Positions 55,185 to 64,000 of a stretch of DNA of 64,000 bases are shown here, piece after piece. A program made the position numbers and the translations under genes. Location of the stretch: contig OZ024742.1 in NCBI GenBank assembly GCA_964016885.1, positions 209,436,001 through 209,500,000 of the forward strand, in the 5' to 3' direction. The stretch comes from Eledone cirrhosa. Taxonomy: Eukaryota. The notes beneath the pieces are model-generated. The model was given only the letters and a program-made list of their open reading frames with translations, was not told the DNA's origin and made no database searches. The number at the start of each line of letters is the position of its first letter. Positions within the stretch are counted from its first letter, which is position 1.

Positions 55185-56170
55185 CCCCGTTAGACTTGTG
55201 CGAAATTCCTTCCTTGCTCACATTTCAACCAGGTTTGATGGTCTTTTGTCTCTTGTTCACGATTTCACCGAGTTTATATTCATAGAGATCTGGGACTTGT
55301 CTATTTCTTCTCACTTTCCGTTGCTTAAACCATTTTGTTTGTTACCCTAACGTCCCCTTTATTTACGTGTCCCAACGACTTTTTTTAGCCGTTGTTCACA
55401 CCAACCTGAGGTATATGGCCCTTAAAGCGATGAAATGCCTGGGACGGTTGGAGGGTCACTGATGAAGGACTTACTTTTTCATATGCACCCCATTTGCAAC
55501 GCGCAGCCATCATTATTATCATATTTACACATAATTTTTCTTCTGCTGCTACCGTCTGTTTCGTTCTTTGTACCTTTACCCTTTCTAGCAGTCTCTCTCT
55601 CTCTGTTAGCCTCCTCCTCAACTTTCACTCACTCATTCTCTGTCACTACCTCTCCTCCTCCTCTTTCCTCCTCTTCCTTCCCGTTTGACCTGTGTGTAAT
55701 TCTTTTCTCGCGCGTTCTTGGTCAAGCCGGTATGAAATTTTTTTCTCTCTCTCTCTTTCGTCTGCGACTTCACAAAACTTATGTTTACCGAATTCGTAGA
55801 CCAGACCCCTTCTTCTTCTTCTTCTTCTTCTTCCCCCCGTTAGACTTGTGCGAAATTCCTTCCTTGCTCACATTTCAACCAGGTTTTGATGGTCTTTTGT
55901 CTCTTGTTCACGATTTCACCGAGTTTATATTCATAGAGATCTGGGACTTGTCTATTTCTTCTCACTTTCCGTTGCTTAAACCATTTTGTTTGTTACCCTA
56001 ACGTCCCCTTTATTTACGTGTCCCAACGACTTTTTTTAGCCGTTGTTCGCACCAACCTGAGGTATATGGCCCTTAAAGCGATGAAATGCCTGGGAGGGTT
56101 GGAGGGTCACCGATGAAGGACTTACTTTTTCATATGCACCCCATTTGCAACGCGCAGCCATCATTATTAA
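54978..56170 (+). repeat. Recent direct duplication of ~480-540 bp (54978-55520 / 55693-56170) with a variable (CTT)n tract
   Basis: Near-identical TGTGTAATTCTTTTCTCGCGCGTTCTTGG ... GCAACGCGCAGCCATCATTATT; (CTT)n is about 29 units versus about 8. Confidence 0.9.
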
Positions 56171-56172
56171 CA

Positions 56173-56263
<91 letters not shown>

Positions 56264-56275
56264 CTCGCTCCCTTT

Positions 56276-56305
<30 letters not shown>

Positions 56306-56309
<4 letters not shown>

Positions 56310-56660
56310 AAAAAGGGATGAAATCGAAAATGCAACTGAAGTCTTATTTTTTTTTAAAATATATATATTTATTTGGTTCCTTTACCGGTTTCGCAGTTCT
56401 TCTGCTTTTCAAAAGGTGAGTTGAGATGGAGGGTCTGTGGTTTTTCTCACATCAGATGTGAGAAAAACCACAGACCCTCCATCTCAACTCACCTTTTGAA
56501 AAGCAGAAGAACTGCGAAACCGGTAAAGGAACCAAATAAATATATATATTTTTAAAAAAAATAAGACTTCAGTTGCATTTTCGATTTCATCCCTTTTTCT
56601 TTATACTTCCACTCGTGTAGGACACCTCGGTTATTTTTCATTTTGTAAAAAAAACCTCAC

Positions 56661-56667
<7 letters not shown>
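56306..56667. repeat. Fold-back PLE pLTR with two intact U3-A8 HHRs (56379-56416 on -, 56492-56529 on +)
   Basis: CCTT-TTGAAAA-GCAG(AAGAA)CTGC-GAAA-CCGG-TA-AAGG; centre near 56454. Confidence 0.88.
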
Positions 56668-56714
<47 letters not shown>

Positions 56715-57001
56715 ATAATGATTTCTATATTGGCCACAAGGGCTGACATCAAGAAAAACATCACAGACGGAACAGGACGGTACGATGTGGGTTTTGTGCG
56801 TGTAAATATTTTTATTATTTATATAAGAAAATAAAAAAAAGGACATAGAAACATATATATATAAACAATAAAAATGAAAATTGAAAAATGAAAAATTCCC
56901 CAATAGGGGGGAAACCTCCTCCGCGGGTTACTCGTGGCGAAAACCAAGGCCAACCTGACCACCAGGGCAAGCGCCCTCTCTCAATTTTCCCATCTCTCAA
57001 A

Positions 57002-59454
57002 CTACAGACGTATATTCAGAATGGTCCCGTTCACTCGAACCATTCTCGCTACATTCACCCACCTTTCAACAACTTGCTAGAAGGTAGCACTTGCCTCGCC
57101 ACCCTGATTTTCCTCTTCAAGTTCAAGTGAAACTCGAAAAAGTTAATTAGGGATTCGCCGAAGAGGAAAGTGTCTGTCTTTAACTCTTTTAACCTTGTCC
57201 CCCAAGCAATCTCTTTCGCCATGGCCACCAGGCAGATGAAAACCGCCTGCCCTTCCTCCTCGAAGGAAGACGACGAGACCATCTGCACAATGGACTCAGT
57301 CGACAACCGGATCAGTCCTACACGCGACAGCAACTGTTCGACATAGTTCCACAAGTCAGCAATGCTCGTGCACTGAACGAGTGCGTGCACGATGGTTTCG
57401 TCGCTCTGCGCGCATCTCGGACAGGCTCGGCTGACGGCACTTGCGTGCCTGTAGAGCTTATCTCGAACGGGCAACGCTCCCCGGTAGCACTGCCAGGCCA
57501 GGGATTTTTGGAAGTTATCCATAGGCCCCGGGATGAAAGTTCTCCGGAAGAGAGCAAACAGCTGATCTTCGACGCCCAGGATCTCTCCGAGAATGTCGTC
57601 GCTCTTCCCCTCCACTAGTCCTCTATAGAACGCCGAGGTGGATGTTCCACCGATATTGGTGCCCAGCTGCCAGAGGGCAGTGAGCGCCTGGAGACATTCC
57701 AGTTTCCAAGCGCTATCCCTCGGTCTTTTTCTGACCCAGGTCTGCAACTCCGTCAAGGAGACGAGCTGTGGGAACACGTGCCTGACGAACGGCGACCACA
57801 CCTGTTCACCATCAAGGAAGCACCAGCGATGTCGCAGCCTCAGCGCATGTTTGCGTATCATCAGCCATGGCATGCCCAGTCCTCCACGCAACGGGTGTTG
57901 ACAGCAGATGGATCGTCTGACCATGGGAGCGCGTCCCTTCCACAAAAAGCGGATGAGGAGGCGCTCCATTTTGGTAAGAGTTGGGCTGGAGCAAGAGACG
58001 ACGGTAAGGCGGTAGCAGATGACGGATGCGATGTACGCATTCGCCACCTCTGCCCGGCCTTTCAGGGACAGCTTCCTCTCGGCCCATTTCTGTGTGAGGG
58101 AGGCCACCTTGCTCGTCACCTCGTTCCAGGTTTTTCTCCATCTGGAGGTCCGGTCCGAACCAGACCCCGATCAATTTAACCGGTCCGTCCGTCCAACGCC
58201 CCACGACGCTGTCGGACGGCATGGACTTGCCTCTCCAAGTGCCCAGCTGCAAGCCCACCGACTTTTCCTGGTTTATCTTTGCTCCTGTCACCGCTTCGTA
58301 TTACTTGAGAGCGGTGCCGTGCATCTGGACGTGCCTGGTGCTCGACACCACCACGGTGACGTCATCAGCGTAAGCCGACTCGGATTTCCCGCATCCTAGT
58401 TCGCGTGGGACGCCCGCCCCTCATCGCTCCCAGTTTGTGCAGTAATGGCTCGAAAGCCAATACGTACAACAGGGACGAGAGGGGACAACCCTGGCGGCCT
58501 GAGTGCATGATGCTGAGCGGCTGCGACAGGTGACCGTTAACCCTCACAACTGAGCAGATGTCGCTGTACATTGCTGCGATCCAACCCCTGAAAACGGGCC
58601 CGAATCTGGCTGCCTCGAGCACCGCCGCCAGGGACCGATGGTCGACCCTATCGAATGCTTTGGATTGATCCAAGTTGATCAGGGCCCCACCCGTTCCAGG
58701 TTCCTTAACCACCCTCGCTATGATGTATCGCATGAGGTGGAGGTTGTCGTGTATGGATCTGTCAGGAATGGCGCATGTCTGCGCCTCACCCACCAGACCC
58801 TTGACGACAAGCGCCATCCTCGTTGCTAACACCTTGGCCAAAATCTTGAACTCTGCGTTTAGTAGGGTTATGGGCCTGAAATTATCGATAACATCCCCCT
58901 TGTTCGGAGCTTTTCTCAGCATCGCCACTGCTCCCCGGCTCACAAAACTGGGAATGCTCCCGTTCTGCTGCCTATCCTCCCCTATCCACTAGCCCCACAC
59001 GATCCCAGCGTGCATCAAAGATACCGTTCCAGTCGCCCACTAACACTAAAGAGCGGGACGTTCCAAGAAAGGTCTCTAGACGTCTGAAGAAATCTGGCAG
59101 TCCTTTCCCTGCTGGGGCGTAGACGGCTACTAGTCTGAAAGCATTGCCTTCGGTGCTGGTCACGTCCAGCACCACCGACTTACCTTCTGGGTCCAGGAAG
59201 ATGGCCCGTATCGCGAGATCCAAGCCTCTCCGAAAAAGGACGGCAACCCCTATCCCCGATCCTGGACGGCTGGGAGATGCGTATACATCGTAGCCGCCGA
59301 AGATCGATGCGAAGGCCCGTGCTTCGGAGATTCTGGTTTCACTGATGGCCACCACATCTATGTTTAGTGACCTGAGGTCATTGAGCAGGTGACTCTGCTT
59401 CCAATATGACCCCAGGCCACGTGCATTTATACTGCCTATTCTGAGTACAGCCAT
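57002..59454 (-). pseudogene. Tx1 ORF2 (APE, RT, CCHC), frameshifted and deleted
   Basis: MAVLRIGSINARGL..GDWN; FRPITLLN..KAFDRV..RQGCPLS; CPRC..ETIVHALVQC; the APE part is fused directly to QQNGSIP at about 58970. Confidence 0.92.
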
Positions 59455-59487
59455 GTTGGATGAGAAACCGGGCAAGTGAGAAAGGGT

Positions 59488-61274
59488 CACTTACCTTGTT
59501 CGTGTGGTGAAGGGACAGTAGAACCGTCCCTTTCGCTAGTCATGGGTGTTTCCAAGAGGATGTCAGTGTATATCCTCTTGGTAACCATCCCTCTGAAGTC
59601 TCCAACTGCGTTGGGGAATTTTTGTTTTAAGGTTTGTACTGTTCTACTGAGATTTCGATGATGCTTATGTTTGTCGGGAGAGTTCTTGGTGTTGGTGGGG
59701 TGTAGTAGTTTTTTTCTGTGATGTCTGTGTGCTGCTTTATATATTGTATGAGTTCTTTTTTTGCCATGTTTATGGCTGTGTCCTTTTTGGGGGGAGGGGG
59801 GATTTTGTTGCTGTTTTCTTCTAGTTACTGTTTGGTGTGTGTGTCTTGTTGTGTTTGCATTGTTGGTGTTTTTGGTGGTGCTGGTGGTGGTGTGGTTGTT
59901 GTTGTCAGTGGTGCTTGTGGTGTTGATGGTGGTGGTGTTGCTGCAAGTTTCCTTGCTGCCTTTACCCCTCTTTGTATGCCTTCGCTTTTGGAGGGTGAAT
60001 CTAAGGGTTTTTTTCTTTTTTTTTCTTTTTTTTTGTGGCAGACCGTTTGCTACTTCACTGCCGCCTCAAACTCCATGTCGGATTCTGTGGGGTCTGGGAG
60101 GGGTATGTGCTCCACGGCTGTTGGTGCTGGTAGTGGAGCCCTCTTCGGCAATTGTGTTGCTGGTGTAGCTACTGAAAATGTAGCTATTGGTGTTGGCGCC
60201 ACTGATGATGCTGCTTTAGTTGTCCGTGGCCTTGGTACGGGTGCTACGGACGTTGCCCTCCTACTCACCGTGGAAGGGGCTTCTTCGTTTGTTGCCTGCC
60301 CTGCTCTTGGTAGCAGCGGACCAGGTATTGGAGGGAGAAGGGCCTTCTTCGCTGTCTTCTGCGGGCAAAAGGCCCTGAGGTGACTCTTCGACCCACAGAG
60401 GTGATAACATTTTGGCCGTCTTCCTTCTACACTTATAGGGAGTTGGAGTCCTTCCGCGATGTCTATGATATCGGGGATAGCGTCGATACATTCCTGGTCA
60501 GTTTGTATAAGCATTTGCATGCCTATAGCTGACCAGTTCTCTCTCCCTATTTTTTCTACTTGCAGCATGGTCGTCCTGTTCTCAATTCGAGCAAGGACAG
60601 ACGCGGCCAGCCAAGGTATGGGCACGTCGGGTGGCTCACTTTGACTCTCACAATTTTCTGCCCGCAGTAGGAGGGCACCAAGACTATCTCCTCACTCTTT
60701 AGGGTTTCCAAAGAGTGGGACTTTGCTTCCTGGGGGTGGCGAAAAGTACGTCTACTGTGGCGTACTTTCTGCCTCGGGTGATGTGGGTTTTGCGTGCCCA
60801 GACGCACCCCAAGACCTTTTGGATTTGAGCCTCCGTGGCTCTCTCCACCCGATGTGAGATTTTGCTTTCGGTGCGGTAAGTCACCGTCCGTAGTTGCTGG
60901 TCCTTGAAAAAATCGGGTGGAGTTTTCAGGGAGACTCTATTTGCGCTTCTTGTCACCATGGCCCTTGCGACTGCCATCTCCTCCTCTGTGACTAACATTG
61001 TCTCGATATTTCGGGCGACACCTGCAAAAGAAGTGGTCCCTTTTTCAGCAGCACCACTATTGCTGCCGCTACTGGTCTTACTGGTGGTGCTCAGATCGCT
61101 ATTTCAGGTATCGGTGTCATTGTTGTTGTTTTCGTTGATACAGTTGTTGGTGTTGTTGTTGTTGTTTTCGTTGATACCGTTGCTGTTGTTAGTGATATTG
61201 TGGCTGTTGTTATTATTGTTGTTTTTGTTGATACTGTTCCTACTATTATTGTTGTTGTGGCTGTTGTTATTGTC

Positions 61275-61276
<2 letters not shown>
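59488..61276 (-). pseudogene. Tx1 ORF1 relic
   Basis: LRTVTYRT..RGRKYATVDVLF..LVPSYCGQKIVRVKV..ISVEGRRPKCYHLCGSKSHLRAFC; colinear with element A ORF1. Confidence 0.82.
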
Positions 61277-61280
<4 letters not shown>

Positions 61281-61333
<53 letters not shown>

Positions 61334-64000
61334 TTTCTTTATTAACCACAAGGGTTTACATAAAGTAGACATTAAGGACAGTGCAGGACAATGCAGGACG
61401 GTACAAATGGGCATTTCTGCGTGTAAAAAACAAAAACAGAGGATGTAACAAAAATAACAATGAAAATAACAATGAAAAATTCCCCAATAGGGGGGAGACT
61501 TCGGAGGGACATTTGTGGTGAAAGCCCAGTAAAAAGCCACAATGATCCTGACCACCAAGGCAAGTGCCCTCTCCCAGTTTTCCACCTTTAATTTACAGAT
61601 ATATACTCAGAGTAGGCCCATTCACTCGGGCCATTCTTGCTTCTCTCACCCATCTTTCAACAAAATGCTGGGAAGAGAGCACTTCCCTCTCTACTCTGAT
61701 TTTCCGTTTCAAATGAAATTTGAAAAAGTCAATCAGAGCATCACCGAAGAGGTAAGTGCTCGTCTTCAGCCCTTTCAAACGTGTCCACCATACTATCTCT
61801 TTCACCATGGCCACCAGGCAGATAAAAACTGCCTGCCCTTCCCGGCTAAAGGAGGAGGGCGGGGCAATCCTCACGATGGACTCAGATGATAGCCGGATCC
61901 GTCCTAAACGCGACAGCAGGTGTTCGACATAAACCCACAAGTCAGCAATTTTCGGACACTGGACGAGTGCGTGCAGGACGGTTTCGTCGCCCTGCGCGCA
62001 TCTCGGACATGCCCGGCTGACGGCACCTCCATGCCTGTAGAGTTTATCCCGAACTGGCAAGGCTCCTCGGTAGCACTGCCAGGCCAGAGATTTCTGGAAG
62101 TTGTCCATAGGCCCTGGCCCGAAAGTTCTTCCGAAGAGATTGGCTAGTTGATTTTCGTCGACGCCTAGAGTTTCCCCAAGTACGTCATCGCTCTTCCCCT
62201 CCACTAATCCTCTATAGAACGCCGAGGTGGAGTTTCCACCGATCACATTGCCCGATTGGTCGAGGGCTGTGAGCGCCTGAAGACATTCCAGTCTCCAGGC
62301 GCTCCCTCTCGGTCTTCGCTTGACCTAGGACTGCAGCTCCGTCAAGGAAACGAGCTGGGGAAACACGCGCCTAGCAAACGGCGACCACACCTGATCACCG
62401 TCGAGGAAGAGGTGGAGATGTCGTAGCCTGAGCGCGTGCCTGCGCATCATCAGCCACGGCATGCCCAGCCCTCCACGTAGCGGGTGTTGACAACAGATGG
62501 ACCGCCTGACCATCGGAGCGCGTCCCTTCCACAAAAAGCGAAAGAGCAAACGCTCCAGCGCAGTCAGGCGAGGCTTAGGACAAGGTACGACGGTCAGACG
62601 GTAGCAGATGACGGACGCGATGTACGCGTTAGCCACCTCCGCTCGACCTTTCAGGGATAGCTTCCTCTCCGCCCATTTCTGGGTGAGAGAAGCCACCCTG
62701 CTCGTCACCTCGTCCCAGTTTTTGTCCGTCTGGAGGTCCGGACCGAACCAGACCCCTAGCAATTTAACCGGTCCGTCCGTCCAGCGTCCGACGACGCTGT
62801 TGGACGGCATGGACCTGCCTCTCCAGGTGCCGAGCTGCAGGCCCACTGACTTTTCCTGGTTGATCATTGCTCCTGTCACCGCTTCGTATTCTCTTAGTGT
62901 AGTGCCGATCGCCTCGATGTGTTTGGCGCTCGACACCACTACGGTGACATCGTCCGCATATGCTGACACTGATCTTCCGCATCCTAGTTCGCGCGGGACT
63001 CCCCTCAACGTCTCCAGTTTGTGCAGTAATGGCTCGAGAGTCAATACGTAAAAGAGGGACGAGAGGGGACATCCTTGGCGGACCGAGCGCATGATGTTGA
63101 ACGGTTCCGACAGGTGACCGTTCACTCTCACCACAGAGCAGATGTCGCTGTGCATGGCAGCGATCCAGCCTCTGAAGACGGGCCCAAAGCCAGCCGCCCT
63201 CAGGACTGCCGCTAGGTAACGATGGTCGACCCTATCGAAAGCTTTCGACTGATCTAAATTGATCAAGGACCCACCCGTGCCAGGTTCCCTAGCTACCCTC
63301 TCTACGATGTATCGCATGAGGTGGGGGTTGTCGTGGATGGATCTGTCGGGAATGGCGCATGTCTGCGCCTCTCCCACCAGACCACCAACGACAAGCGCCA
63401 ACCTCTTTGCTAGCACCTTGGCCAAAATCTTAAACTCTGTGTTTAGCAGAGTTATGGGCCGGAAATTGTCTATGTTATCCCCCTTGTTCGGATCCTTTCT
63501 CAGCAGTGCCACCGCTCCTCGGCTCACAGAACTGGGAGTTCTCCCGTTCTGTTGCCAGTTGCAGTAGACGTCCGCCAAGAGGCCTCCGAACAAGTCTGGC
63601 ATCTGTACGTAAAGTTCATAGGGCAGACCATCCAAACCAGGCGATTTACCCCTTGTGCAGCCAGTCATTGCCTCCCTTACTTCAGCGGCTGTTATCGGCT
63701 TTTCGCAACACTTCGCCTCAGTGGCCGAGAGCCGCGGCAGTCCGTCGAGGTAGACACTAAAGTCCATCCCTCTACCCGGCCCACCGCTGCCCCCGAACAG
63801 CTGAGCGAAGTGTCGCTGAAAAGCTTCACACATTTTCCCGGGATCGAGTAGCATGCGCCCGTCGTGGTCCACCAAAGACCGGATCGTGGCTTTGTTGCCA
63901 CGACGCGCCTCCGCCACTCGGGCCCATTGAACGGCTTTCGTCCCCTCGTGTCTGAGAGCACGCACCCTTGCTCTGACAACGCAGCCTTCGTGCTTTGCAT
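61281..64000 (-). mobile_element. Young L1/Tx1-clade LINE (element C), running off the window
   Basis: 3' end CCCTTGTGGTTAATAAAGAAATC(ATT)~17; ORF2 is colinear with A and B. Confidence 0.95.
61593..64000 (-). pseudogene. Tx1 ORF2 RT plus CCHC, with a single in-frame TAG (62325-62327) in the visible part
   Basis: KSPGLDG, FRPITLLN, KAFDRV, RQGCPLS, YADD, CPRC..H..C; the ORFs 62325-63965 and 61593-62246 are in the same frame. Confidence 0.93.

Larger units (their letters stand above)
56711..61276 (-). mobile_element. L1/Tx1-clade LINE (element B), with ~1 kb deleted from ORF2
   Basis: ORF1 relic 59488-61276 with knuckle; ORF2 57002-59454; 3' end CCCTTGTGGCCAATATAGAAATC(ATT)3 joined to (AT)n. 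Confidence 0.93.

Overview
Eukaryotic, AT-rich, microsatellite-saturated DNA with no host protein-coding gene I can support. The tRNA-derived SINE family and the (TA)n/(CA)n landscape suggest an octopod cephalopod (inference). Nearly all listed ORFs are microsatellite translations. Real content: three L1/Tx1-clade LINEs (one near full length on +, two head-to-tail on -), at least six Penelope-like element (PLE) relics (GIY-YIG, including Neptune-like and Naiad-like ones), RTE, CRE and R4/Dong fragments, about six SINEs and many fold-back palindromes. The most striking signal is non-coding. More than 15 type I hammerhead ribozyme (HHR) motifs from several families are present. They include a ~320-340 bp non-coding HHR-bearing repeat found in circularly permuted, terminally redundant copies, which is the expected signature of a non-LTR retrozyme (circular RNA) family, plus HHR core variants (U3-A8 covariation, U10.1/U11.1). 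A perfect 5' splice donor also sits at the ORF1/ORF2 junction of both Tx1 elements where that junction is visible. All alignments and folds were done by eye, so boundaries are approximate.
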